From assembly GCA_015521185.1 (NCBI GenBank), contig WAOS01000018.1:2007-66006 (forward strand): 64,000 nucleotides of DNA. Direction: 5' to 3'. Each line of letters starts with the position of its first letter. Position 1 is the stretch's first letter. The notes beneath the pieces are model-generated. The model ran no database searches and was not told the origin of the DNA. It worked only from the letters and a program-made list of their open reading frames with translations. The position numbers and the translations under genes were made by a program. Origin of the DNA: Desulfurococcales archaeon (GTDB lineage: Archaea; Thermoproteota; Thermoprotei_A; Sulfolobales; Acidilobaceae). This document shows, one piece after another, positions 1 through 8,385 of this stretch.

Positions 1-325
1 GCTTTATCCCTGGAGGCACCTCTACGGGGAATATCGTTCCGTCGGCCCTCGCAGGCATGCCGAAGCCTGTTGGCAGGCCGAGCATCTTGTGTATCGTTGG
101 CCCGTGTATGTCTGCGTCGAGAACTCCCACTCTCCTCCCGTTGACGGCGAGTGCCCCCGCTAGGCTAGCGGTCACGAAGCTCTTGCCGACGCCACCCTTA
201 TTGCTTAGGATTGCTATCTTGTACTTGATGTGACGCATTCTGCTCACGATTAGCTTCTGCTCCTCCTGGATCTTCTTCATACGCTCTGCCACACGTTTAT
301 ACTCGGACTTGCTTATCCTTCTCAC
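1..325 (-). CDS. Mrp/NBP35 (ApbC) family P-loop ATPase, N-terminal part; the gene runs off the window edge
   Basis: My own minus-strand translation from GTG at 325 reads VRRISKSEYKRVAERMKKIQEEQKLIVSRMRHIKYKIAILSNKGGVGKSFVTASLAGALAVNGRRVGVLDADIHGPTIHKMLGL... The deviant Walker A KGGVGKS and the LDADIxGP motif are Mrp/MinD-type signatures. The ORF is absent from the ORF track because it is truncated by the window edge. Confidence 0.8.
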   Translation of the reverse strand, partial: MRRISKSEYKRVAERMKKIQEEQKLIVSRMRHIKYKIAILSNKGGVGKSFVTASLAGALAVNGRRVGVLDADIHGPTIHKMLGLPTGFGMPARADGTIFPVEVPPGIK

Positions 326-574
326 ACTCAAATACTAGCACCCAGAGAGATGCGCGAGCACTGGGAGCGATAAATCCTTTGGTAATATTAGGCGGCGCCC
401 TCACACGCTAGTAGTGGCGGGATGAAGACTTTACCGAGTGCCGACTTTTACAGGTGGGGCCTTGAGGACCTCGCGGACCGCCCCCGCAAACCTCTATCTT
501 ATAGGCTCCCGAGGCAACAGTCACTTCTGCGGGGCCGGCGATGAAGCCGGTTTTAAGAGCTGAGGTGCTGTGTC

Positions 575-991
575 GTGCCGGATGCTGAGGAACCCACGCC
601 TCGAGTCGGCCCTTGCATAGAGGATATTGGTCTCGTTAAGGAGGATATCGCCAGGGAACTCCACGTAATGCTGGAACCCACAGAGTATAACGTAGTCGAC
701 TTACTAATACCTAGCGGGGAGCTCGAAGTGTTCCTCAGAGTGTTCATAGGCCTCGACTGCCTCCACGCGCTGGAGGTCCACGTCAGAGGTTGCGGCAAGC
801 TGGTAGAGAGGATTAAGAAGCTCTACGAGGAGCCAGAGTTCAGCCGCGTAATCCTCGAGGGGGATTGTATGGAGGTCGTGGCCCCGAACGATCCCCCTCT
901 TAGACTTGTCAGGGCTCTCCGCCTCGCTGGTGTGGAGGCGCCTGTCGAACCCGTGGCTTACAGGGTGGTGAGCCAGTTTGTACTCGACTAG
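575..991 (+). CDS. Hypothetical protein (138 aa) whose end overlaps the XPB start by 14 nt
   Basis: ORF from the track only; I recognised no family motif. A TATA-like TTTTAAG lies at about 551-557. The start codon is uncertain (GTG 575 or ATG 668). Confidence 0.35.
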   Translation: MPDAEEPTPRVGPCIEDIGLVKEDIARELHVMLEPTEYNVVDLLIPSGELEVFLRVFIGLDCLHALEVHVRGCGKLVERIKKLYEEPEFSRVILEGDCMEVVAPNDPPLRLVRALRLAGVEAPVEPVAYRVVSQFVLD

Positions 992-2606
992 GTACTCCGT
1001 GAGGTTCCGGGTGAAGGGTTGGATCGATGACGAGGAATTCGATAGGCTGAGGGAGGTCGCCAGGTACCTGGGCTCCTATGACGGGTACAAACTCTTCGAG
1101 CTCGACCTGGACCGCGCGAAGTCCAACGGTTACACGCCCAGCGACATACTCTCGCTGCTGTCGAGCATTAACGGGATCGTTATGGAGGACCTCGAGAGAG
1201 TCCGGTCCGTCCTGGAGGAGTCATCAAAAGTAGTCATATATCTGGCTAGCGACGGCTGGCTCCGGGTCGGTGGAAGAGTATATCTAAAGCCCCTGCTTAG
1301 GGAGCTGGGCGTTTACCTCCCCTACGATAGGGAGAGTAACGCCTACAAGGCTCCACCACACATGTATAGGAGGCTCGTGGAGTTCTTCCGCTCTAAGGGG
1401 CTTATCGTAGAGGATAGGCTCGGGCTTCTAGACGGGAACGATCTCCCCCGGAAGATGGAGTTCCTCGGGGAGCTGAGGCCGTACCAGGAGGAGGCTCTGC
1501 GGGCCTGGCTCGAGAATGGCGGCCAGGGCATTATAGCCCTACCCACAGGAGCCGGGAAAACTGTCATTGCAATCGCTGCCATGGCGAGGATCAACAAGCG
1601 CACGCTCATCGTTGTCTACACTAAGGAGCATGTCAAGCAGTGGATCGACGCTGTAGCAAGGTTCTCTAACGCTGCTGGAATGACTGGAGCCTATTATAGC
1701 GATGAGAAGAGGCTAGCTCCAATAACGGTCACCACATACCAGTCAGCGCACAGACATATCAAGAGGCTGGCGCCCCATTTCAGCCTCGTTATTTTCGATG
1801 AGGCCCATCACCTCCCCGCGGAGAAGTTCCGGGCTATCGCCGTTGGCCTCCCAGCGCCCTATAGGCTCGGGCTGAGTGCGACCCCTGAGAGGGAGGACGG
1901 TAAGCACGAGGAGCTGTTTCCCCTGCTGGGCGGCGTGGTTTACAGGTCGACTCCTGGGGAGCTCACGAGCAAGGGCTACTTGGCGCCCTACGTGATCAGG
2001 ACTGTTAAGGTGGAGCTTGATCCGGATGAGAAGAAGAAGTACAAGGCGCTGCGTAGAAGGTACTTCGATCTAGCCCGGGGCAGAAGCTTCCAGGAGCTTC
2101 TCCGCGATGCGAAGAACGGGGATCCCAGCGCTATAGAGGCTCTCCGCGTCCACAAGGAGATGGAGAAGCTCGTCCAGTACAGCAAGGCCAAGCTGCGCGC
2201 TGTAGAGAGGATTGTAAGGGACGAGCTCATGAAGGGGAATAAGATCATAGTTTTCACCCAGCTTAGAGGGCAAGCCGAGGAGATAGCTAGGAGAGTGGGC
2301 GGCCTGCTCCTTCACGGCGGGATTGATAAGAGGAGGAGGGACCTAGTCCTCGAGAAGTTTAAGCGGGCGGACAAGGGTGTCCTCGTACTCACGACTGTGG
2401 GCGACGAGGGCCTAGACATACCGGACGCTAATGTGGGGATCCTCGTCTCGGGCACGGGATCGCCCCGCCAGTTCATTCAGAGGCTTGGCAGGCTCCTCCG
2501 GCCAAGCCCTGGTAAACAGAGCGCGGTGCTCTACGAGATCGTTGTCAAGGGAACTATGGAGGAGTTCCGGTCTAGGAAGAGGAAAAACCTGGGGCTCCCC
2601 TGGTAG
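978..2606 (+). CDS. xpb: XPB/Rad25-type superfamily 2 DNA repair helicase
   Basis: Contains Walker A ALPTGAGKT, motif II DEAHH, the XPB-specific RED motif in LSATPEREDGKHE, and helicase motif VI QRLGRLLR. The non-helicase N-terminal domain of about 170 aa is consistent with the XPB damage-recognition domain. Confidence 0.85.
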   Translation: MYSTRYSVRFRVKGWIDDEEFDRLREVARYLGSYDGYKLFELDLDRAKSNGYTPSDILSLLSSINGIVMEDLERVRSVLEESSKVVIYLASDGWLRVGGRVYLKPLLRELGVYLPYDRESNAYKAPPHMYRRLVEFFRSKGLIVEDRLGLLDGNDLPRKMEFLGELRPYQEEALRAWLENGGQGIIALPTGAGKTVIAIAAMARINKRTLIVVYTKEHVKQWIDAVARFSNAAGMTGAYYSDEKRLAPITVTTYQSAHRHIKRLAPHFSLVIFDEAHHLPAEKFRAIAVGLPAPYRLGLSATPEREDGKHEELFPLLGGVVYRSTPGELTSKGYLAPYVIRTVKVELDPDEKKKYKALRRRYFDLARGRSFQELLRDAKNGDPSAIEALRVHKEMEKLVQYSKAKLRAVERIVRDELMKGNKIIVFTQLRGQAEEIARRVGGLLLHGGIDKRRRDLVLEKFKRADKGVLVLTTVGDEGLDIPDANVGILVSGTGSPRQFIQRLGRLLRPSPGKQSAVLYEIVVKGTMEEFRSRKRKNLGLPW

Positions 2607-2613
2607 GTGCCCT

Positions 2614-3495
2614 CTACTTCTTCAGGACCTCCTCTACTAGCGAGGGTATTTCGAACGGGGTCTTAGCGACCTTGACGCCGGCCTCGGTTAACGCCTTGAC
2701 CTTGCCCTCATAAGTCCCTGTACCCATCATTATGATAGCGCCCGCGTGGCCCATTCTCTTGCCCGGCGGCGCGGTCCTTCCGGCTATGAAGGCTACCACT
2801 GGCTTGGTGAACTCTCCCCTCTTGATCATCTCGGCAGCTCTCTCCTCCATGTCGCCTCCTATCTCTCCCACGAGGACAACTGCCTCGGTCTCGGGATCCT
2901 CCTGGAAGAGGCGCAGCGCCTCGGTGAAGCTGAGACCTATCACGGGGTCTCCTCCTATACCTATCACGGTGCTCTGCCCGTATCCCTTCTTTGATAGGGC
3001 ATAGCCTATTTCGTACGTTAGCGTTCCGCTCCTGCTTACAATACCTATGTTCCCCGGCTTGAAGACGTGGCCCGGCATTATGCCTACCTTGGCCTTGCCT
3101 GGCGATATTATTCCGGGGCAGTTGGGGCCTATGATAGTTGTTCCCTTCTGCCTGGCGTAGTTAACGAACTTCAGGGTCTCGTGCACCGGTATGTGCTCGG
3201 TTATGACTACCACGAGCTTAATGCCGGCATCTACAGCCTCGTAGACGGCGTCGGGTGCGAAGCGTGCTGGGACGAATATTATGCTGGTGTTCGCCTCCGG
3301 GTGCTCGGCGACTGCCTCAGCCATTGTGTCGTATACTGGGACCCCGTGAACAGTCATGCCTCCCTTTCCAGGGGTTACGCCGGCAACTATCTTTGTTCCG
3401 TACTCGAGCATGAGCCGGGTGTGGAAAGAGCCTTCCCGGCCCGTTATTCCCTGGACGATGACGCGCGCGTTCTCGTCTAGAAGTACCGCCATCAC
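2614..3495 (-). CDS. sucD: Succinyl-CoA synthetase (ADP-forming) alpha subunit
   Basis: Full-length match to the SucD pattern: [34 protein letters not shown], and the phosphohistidine loop MGHAGAI. Confidence 0.95.
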   Translation of the reverse strand: MMAVLLDENARVIVQGITGREGSFHTRLMLEYGTKIVAGVTPGKGGMTVHGVPVYDTMAEAVAEHPEANTSIIFVPARFAPDAVYEAVDAGIKLVVVITEHIPVHETLKFVNYARQKGTTIIGPNCPGIISPGKAKVGIMPGHVFKPGNIGIVSRSGTLTYEIGYALSKKGYGQSTVIGIGGDPVIGLSFTEALRLFQEDPETEAVVLVGEIGGDMEERAAEMIKRGEFTKPVVAFIAGRTAPPGKRMGHAGAIIMMGTGTYEGKVKALTEAGVKVAKTPFEIPSLVEEVLKK

Positions 3496-3510
3496 TTCTC
3501 ACCTCCTAGG

Positions 3511-4668
3511 CTAGATCTCCATGAGGCGCTTAACCGCCTCGATGGGGTCTACAAACGCCTCTATCCCGGCCTTCCTCAGGATCTCTCTGCCCTCCTCCTC
3601 GTTCGTACCGGCGAGCCTCACTACGAGAGGCTTAGGCAGCTGTCCCAGCTCTTCTAGCGCCTTCACTATGCCCTTAGCGACCTCGTCGCACCTCGTTATG
3701 CCTCCGAATATGTTCATGAATATCTTCTTGGTCTTGGGGAACTCTATGAGGAAGCTGACCGCTGTCTTTACTAGCTCCGCGCTAGCTCCGCCGCCTATGT
3801 CGAGGAAGTTGGCGGGCTTGCCGCCGTACTCGTATACTAGGTCCATAGTAGTCATCGTGAGGCCGGCTCCGTTGCCGATTATTCCTATGTCTCCGTCTAG
3901 CTCTACGAACGCGAGCCCTAGCTTCCTAGCCTTTATCTCCCACTCAGTGTACTCTCCGCTTTCCTCGAGCCTCTCGCCCGCAAGCTCGGGGTGCCTGTAG
4001 AGCGCGTTGTCGTCTACTATGAGTCTTGCGTCTAGCGGTATCACCTTGTCGCCCACTACTGCCAGTGGGTTGCTCTCGGCTAGCTCCGCGTCGTACTTGT
4101 CGAAGACCTCGTAGAGCGCGGTTAGGAACGAGGCGAACCTCGAGAGCACCTTGCCCTGGAGCCCTATCTTCTTCCCTATGAGGCGTGCCTGGTAGCCTTT
4201 CATGCCCAGGAAGGGGTCGACGTGCACCCTGACTATGCTCTCGGGCTTCTCCCTAGCTATCTCCTCTATATCCATGCCTCCGTACCTGCTAGCGAGGACT
4301 ACCGGCTTCCTCTCGCTCCTGTCGATAACTATGCCAACGTAGAGCTCTGTCTCGTGGGGGATTGCTTCCTCGATTAGTAGTAGCTTGGGCTTTATCCCTT
4401 TGATAGGCTTCTCGAAGAGTTCATCGACTATCTTCTTGACGTCTTCCCAGGTCCTAGCCATCTTAACGCCGCCAGCCTTACCTCTACCAGCGACCAGGAC
4501 CTGCGCCTTGACGACAACCGGAGGCTCTAGCCCGGCCTGCTTCATCTTTTCTATCGGGTCTTCTCCCTTCCTCACGAGGACGGACTTTGGCACCTCAACT
4601 CCGTACCTGCGCAATATTTCTTTTGCCTCGTACTCGAACAGCTTCAACGCTAATCCCTCACTGATCAA
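3511..4668 (-). CDS. sucC: Succinyl-CoA synthetase beta subunit
   Basis: ATP-grasp N-terminus [11 protein letters not shown]... and C-terminal [14 protein letters not shown]. It lies immediately upstream of sucD. The real start may be the internal TTG at 4647, which gives MKLFEYEAK. Confidence 0.95.
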   Translation of the reverse strand: MISEGLALKLFEYEAKEILRRYGVEVPKSVLVRKGEDPIEKMKQAGLEPPVVVKAQVLVAGRGKAGGVKMARTWEDVKKIVDELFEKPIKGIKPKLLLIEEAIPHETELYVGIVIDRSERKPVVLASRYGGMDIEEIAREKPESIVRVHVDPFLGMKGYQARLIGKKIGLQGKVLSRFASFLTALYEVFDKYDAELAESNPLAVVGDKVIPLDARLIVDDNALYRHPELAGERLEESGEYTEWEIKARKLGLAFVELDGDIGIIGNGAGLTMTTMDLVYEYGGKPANFLDIGGGASAELVKTAVSFLIEFPKTKKIFMNIFGGITRCDEVAKGIVKALEELGQLPKPLVVRLAGTNEEEGREILRKAGIEAFVDPIEAVKRLMEI

Positions 4669-4686
4669 CGTGTGAGTACAGGTCCG

Positions 4687-4694
4687 AATAAAAG
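4687..4694 (-). promoter_or_regulatory. Candidate TATA box (CTTTTATT on the minus strand) for the sucCD operon
   Basis: An A/T octamer lies about 22 nt upstream of the longest sucC start, in an otherwise GC-rich spacer. Confidence 0.4.
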
Positions 4695-4720
4695 GTCTTA
4701 CAAAAACCCTGCATTACTAA

Positions 4721-4808
4721 CTCGGGCTCCGTCTAGTTATACTAGCCCGAGAGGGGCCCAGGGCGGGCTGAAGAGCCGTGTAAGACGGGGACCCCGGAGC
4801 GTTCAGCC
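4721..4808. other. GC-rich intergenic block with two perfect inverted repeats
   Basis: CTCGGGCT (4721-4728) pairs with AGCCCGAG (4744-4751). GGCTGAA (4766-4772) pairs with TTCAGCC (4802-4808). The palindrome GGGGACCCC is at 4787-4795. Confidence 0.3.
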
Positions 4809-4870
4809 TCTCCGGGGGATGCCCTATAACCAGGCTCCAGACCCCCTGGCTCCCGGGATTCCGCTGGGAG

Positions 4871-5242
4871 GTGCGCCAAGTGTTTCACAAGCTTACTAAG
4901 AGGGAGCTCGCAGCTTACGCTCTACTCGCTAGCCGTGCAAAGTGGAACATTGGAGAAGCGGTCGACGCCGTATCGAGGGAACTGTGCACGACGAAGAGAA
5001 CGGCTAGACGCATAGTCAAGAGGCTTCGGCGACTCGGACTCGTCTCGGTGGAAGCGAGAAATAGCGAGATTGTCGTGCGGCCAGTAGATCCGTCTAGGGT
5101 CCTCTCGAGCCTGCTCGAGGAATATGCTGAGCAGCGGAGGAGGAAGTGCTATGCTCTAGCTAAGAGGCCTCCTCCAGAGGGGAGGTCCGGAGTGGTCGGT
5201 GAGCCTCACTCCCGGCGTCCACACGATGCCGGGTCAGCGTAG
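4871..5242 (+). CDS. Small putative winged-helix DNA-binding protein
   Basis: LTKRELAAYALL...TTKRTARRIVKRLRRLGLVSVE resembles a MarR/TrmB-like HTH plus wing. The C-terminal tail is basic and low-complexity. Confidence 0.5.
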   Translation: MRQVFHKLTKRELAAYALLASRAKWNIGEAVDAVSRELCTTKRTARRIVKRLRRLGLVSVEARNSEIVVRPVDPSRVLSSLLEEYAEQRRRKCYALAKRPPPEGRSGVVGEPHSRRPHDAGSA

Positions 5243-5252
5243 GGTAGCGTCC

Positions 5253-5816
5253 TCATTCCTCCCTGCTACAGTATGAGAGTGCCCGGAGGATATAATCCAG
5301 TCTCTCCGCGGCCTCACACCCCTTGTTAATGGTAGTCGCGACCTCGCCGTTTTCGTACCAGACTACCGTTTCCAGGCCGATCGCGGCCACAGGGGGCTCA
5401 CGCGGCTTCGAGCCGCTGGCCACCGCTTCCGCGCCGGTTAGGAAGAGGCTTAGCGGGTCGCGGAGGTCTCCTGGCACTAGCCTCCCGCTTAGCCTTTCTC
5501 CCGAGACCGGCTCGTATCTGGCCTGTCGAGGGGACACGTGGGGCTTCATCCGGCAGCCGTCCACCCACTCTGCCGCGCTAGCCTCGTAGTGCTTGACAAC
5601 CCCTAGGTCTGATCCTGGAGGTAGAACTAAGCTCCCTGGCCCCACAGCTATTCTGAGAGCTCCGGAGGGAGCGTACACGTGCACTAGTGACGGCGCGGTA
5701 ACGAGTATAGCACCCTCTTCCGCTGCCCGCTCGAGCAGTCTAATCCTGTCCTCGCGCGGGAGCCTGAGTATGCTGCTTATCTCGACTATTAGACTCCCCC
5801 TGTCAATCCTCGGCAT
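5253..5816 (-). CDS. Hypothetical protein (187 aa)
   Basis: ORF 5253-6011, trimmed to the internal ATG at 5816 (MPRIDRGSL...). The longer form would run through the trxB start and promoter. I recognised no motif. Confidence 0.45.
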   Translation of the reverse strand: MPRIDRGSLIVEISSILRLPREDRIRLLERAAEEGAILVTAPSLVHVYAPSGALRIAVGPGSLVLPPGSDLGVVKHYEASAAEWVDGCRMKPHVSPRQARYEPVSGERLSGRLVPGDLRDPLSLFLTGAEAVASGSKPREPPVAAIGLETVVWYENGEVATTINKGCEAAERLDYILRALSYCSREE

Positions 5817-5916
5817 AACCGTCGCACCGGTCCTACCACTGGGTTGGTCGTGGAAGGCATAGTTTATAGTATAATTGCCTCGGGTCCCACAGCTTCTCCG
5901 GCGGGTGAGGAGAAAG

Positions 5917-6927
5917 ATGCCATTGAGACTGGCAAGGACTAAGGTTCCGAGGGGCGAGGAGTACGATGTTGTCATAATAGGCGGGGGGCCGGCTGGCCTA
6001 TCCGCAGCCATCTATACTAGTAGGTTTCTAATGAAGACGCTTGTTGTCGCCGAGCAGATAGGAGGCCAGCTCAACCTTACCGATGCCGTCGACGATTACC
6101 CTGGGCTCAAGAGGATCACGGCTTCCGCGCTCGTGCAGGCCTTCCGCTCGCACGCGGAGATGTTTAAGCCCACTATCGTGGAGCTCGTCCGAGTAGAGGG
6201 GTTCGAGAGGGACGATAGCTCTGGCTACCCGAGGTTCCACGTGTGGGGGACGCGAAAGCTGGACGTATATGCGAAGACGATCATCCTCGCGGTCGGTAGC
6301 AAGAGGAGGAAGCTGGGCGTTCCCGGCGAGAAGGAGTTCGCCGGTAAGGGTGTCAGCTACTGTAGCGTCTGCGACGCGCCCTTCTTCAAAGGTGCCGAGG
6401 CCGTAGCGGTAGTTGGGGGAGGCGACGCCGCGTTCGAGGGCGCCCTGATGCTTAGCGGGTATGCTAAGAAGGTATACCTTATACATAGGCGCGACCAGTT
6501 CAGGGCTAAGCCTCACTTCGTTGAGCAGGCTAAGAGGACTCCCAACATCGAGTTCGTACTCAACAGTGTTGTAGTTGAGATCCGCGGAGACACTAAGGTG
6601 AGGTCTGTGGTAGTCAGGAACGTGAAAACCGGCGAGATCCGCGAGATACCTGTTGAAGGAGTCTTCATAGAGATAGGATTCGAGCCGCCAAAGGAGTGGT
6701 TCCAGCGGCTTGGCCTTGAGACCGACGAGATAGGGTATGTCAAAGTTGACGAGTGGATGAGGACCAATATACCCGGGGTCTTCGCCGCGGGAGACTGCAC
6801 AAGCATGTGGAAGGGGTTCAGACAAGTTATTACGGCGGCCGCTATGGGGGCTGTCGCTGCGTACAGCGCCTACAACTATCTCGCGGAGAAGGGCCTATAC
6901 AGGCCTAGCCAGCTTCTCCTAGCCTAA
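5917..6927 (+). CDS. trxB: Thioredoxin-disulfide reductase
   Basis: FAD-binding fingerprint DVVIIGGGPAGLSAA, redox-active CSVCDA (CxxC), a second dinucleotide fold VAVVGGGDAA, and C-terminal GVFAAGDC. The start was moved to ATG 5917. Confidence 0.9.
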   Translation: MPLRLARTKVPRGEEYDVVIIGGGPAGLSAAIYTSRFLMKTLVVAEQIGGQLNLTDAVDDYPGLKRITASALVQAFRSHAEMFKPTIVELVRVEGFERDDSSGYPRFHVWGTRKLDVYAKTIILAVGSKRRKLGVPGEKEFAGKGVSYCSVCDAPFFKGAEAVAVVGGGDAAFEGALMLSGYAKKVYLIHRRDQFRAKPHFVEQAKRTPNIEFVLNSVVVEIRGDTKVRSVVVRNVKTGEIREIPVEGVFIEIGFEPPKEWFQRLGLETDEIGYVKVDEWMRTNIPGVFAAGDCTSMWKGFRQVITAAAMGAVAAYSAYNYLAEKGLYRPSQLLLA

Positions 6928-7000
6928 CCCTATAACTCCGGTATATAAGGCCGGATTCCCTTTATGCAAGTACATACGGGCTTCCGGGGGTGCACCTGGA

Positions 7001-8083
7001 TTGGCCAAGCAGCTGAGCCAGTACGCTCTTAGAATGCTCGAGAACATACCGGAGCAGTACAGGCCGCTTGCAGAGATAATGATAAAGCAGAAGTATCACT
7101 TTGTTGGTAGGCACACTGTTGTTAAGAAGTGCTACTGGACTCATGCCGCGATGGTTCAGAGAAGATTCTGCTACAAGTGCAAGTTCTACGGGATCGAGAG
7201 CCACAGAGATATTCAGATGAGCCCGACAGCATTCTGGTGCTGGAACGCTTGCCTCCACTGTTGGAGGATTAGGCCGCAGGACCTCGGGATCGAGGCTGAC
7301 GAGACGCGCATGCCCTTCTACGATCCTCCCGAGCTGATAGCCGACGGAATAATAAAGGCTCAGCGCCGTATCATGAGCGGGTACAAGGGTCACCCGAAGG
7401 TCGACCCTAAGATGCTCGAGGAAGCGCTTAACCCTGTGCACGTCACTATGAGCCTAACCGGAGAGCCGACGCTCTACCCGCTCCTCGACGATCTCCTAGG
7501 CATAATCCACAGGAAGGGGATGACAACATTCATAGTTACGAGAGGGGTGAGGCCCGATGTTCTGGCGTCGCTCTACAACGAGCCTAACCAGCTGTATATC
7601 AGCCTTGAGGCGTGGGATAAGAAGAGCTACGAGTACTTTAATAGGCCGCTCGTCCCCAGGGCTTGGGAGCTAACTCTTGAGACCCTCGAGATACTCCAGA
7701 GCTTCAAGAGCCCGACCGTACTTAGGATAACGCTTGTCAAAGGGTTCAACGATACCGAGGAGGCACTGAGGGGCTTCGCAAGGCTCGTCAACATGTCGAA
7801 CCCGACATACGTTGAGGTGAAGGCTTACATGTGGGTAGGCGCGAGCAGGGAGAGGCTCAGGAGGATTAACATGCCCAGCATGGAGGAGGTCAGGAGCTTC
7901 GCCGAGAGGCTCTCCCAGCTAACGGGCTACCCAATATATGGTGAGAGCAGGCCTAGCAGAGTTGTACTGCTTAGTAGCATAAGCAAGCCGATTCGCCATG
8001 GTAAGGGATGTCCTGGGGGAAGGGATGTCCTGCCCGGACCGGGCGAGTATGACGAGCTAGATAACCCGGAGGTCAGCTATTAA
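7001..8083 (+). CDS. taw1: Radical SAM 4-demethylwyosine synthase (Taw1/TYW1 family)
   Basis: CYKCKFYGIESHRDIQMSP followed by the radical SAM cluster CWNACLHCWR (CxxxCxxC). The length and C-terminal region are typical of archaeal Taw1. Confidence 0.8.
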   Translation: MAKQLSQYALRMLENIPEQYRPLAEIMIKQKYHFVGRHTVVKKCYWTHAAMVQRRFCYKCKFYGIESHRDIQMSPTAFWCWNACLHCWRIRPQDLGIEADETRMPFYDPPELIADGIIKAQRRIMSGYKGHPKVDPKMLEEALNPVHVTMSLTGEPTLYPLLDDLLGIIHRKGMTTFIVTRGVRPDVLASLYNEPNQLYISLEAWDKKSYEYFNRPLVPRAWELTLETLEILQSFKSPTVLRITLVKGFNDTEEALRGFARLVNMSNPTYVEVKAYMWVGASRERLRRINMPSMEEVRSFAERLSQLTGYPIYGESRPSRVVLLSSISKPIRHGKGCPGGRDVLPGPGEYDELDNPEVSY

Positions 8084-8118
8084 TCTCCCCTGCTAGTTTA
8101 AACCGGCGGGGCTAGACG

Positions 8119-8385
8119 TTGCGCGAGACGAAGATAGTGGTGGGGCCTGGAACAGCCGTGGACTACGCGTACCGCATAGTGGAGTTCGCTAGCAAGGGAG
8201 TCTCACGGCTCAAGCTCTACGCTGTGGGCGAGAGTATATGCAAGCTCGCGGACACAATAGCTATCCTGCCAGAGATTTACCCGGGTACTGTTGAGATCGT
8301 TGGCTGGAGTATTGGGAGCAAGCGTGTTAAGGGGGAGAGGAAGACTTTTCTCTCCCTAACTCTAGAGCTAAGACCCTCGGGTTAG
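8119..8385 (+). CDS. Alba-family DNA/RNA-binding protein (divergent, Alba2-like)
   Basis: At 88 aa, KIVVGPGTAVDYAYRIVEFAS...LKLYAVGESICKLADTIAIL... follows the Alba pattern (short N-terminus, 'ARG.AI.KAVDVAE'-like helix). It has a TTG start. Confidence 0.65.
   Translation: MRETKIVVGPGTAVDYAYRIVEFASKGVSRLKLYAVGESICKLADTIAILPEIYPGTVEIVGWSIGSKRVKGERKTFLSLTLELRPSG

Noticed and set aside
535-600. A possible C/D box sRNA: GCGAUGA - 15 nt - CUGA - ... - 13 nt - CUGA, overlapping the start of the 138-aa ORF.
   Set aside because: The C box deviates from RUGAUGA, the C' box is essentially absent, the spacers are not the 12 nt typical of archaeal sRNAs, and no convincing terminal stem exists.
4751-4830. 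Whether the GC-rich 4751-4830 stretch is a tRNA or SRP/RNase P RNA fragment.
   Set aside because: I could not fold it into a cloverleaf: there is no D-stem complement and no GTTC(R)A T-loop. None of the conserved SRP helix-8 or RNase P CR-I motifs are present. I report it only as an inverted-repeat block.
5817-6011. N-terminal extensions of track ORFs: 5253-6011, 5875-, 17295-17792, 24521-, 34223-35314, 35010-, 35688-36725, 52327- and 54660-.
   Set aside because: The extensions run through neighbouring genes or through the only TATA-like elements. They are Arg/Pro/Gly-rich and precede positions where the family-typical N-terminus begins. I trimmed them to internal ATG/GTG/TTG codons, so the exact starts remain uncertain.
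6028-6825. Long antisense ORFs in the track. Examples: 6028-6825, 6962-7441, 18197-18883, 35959-36570, 39009-39752, 41071-41616 and 48136-48660.
   Set aside because: Each lies entirely opposite a gene with an unambiguous family assignment (trxB, taw1, the aminotransferase, mptA, pheS, gltX, and the rpoN/rps9/rpl13 region). Their products are Ser/Arg/Pro/Leu-rich low-complexity strings typical of open antisense frames in high-GC DNA.
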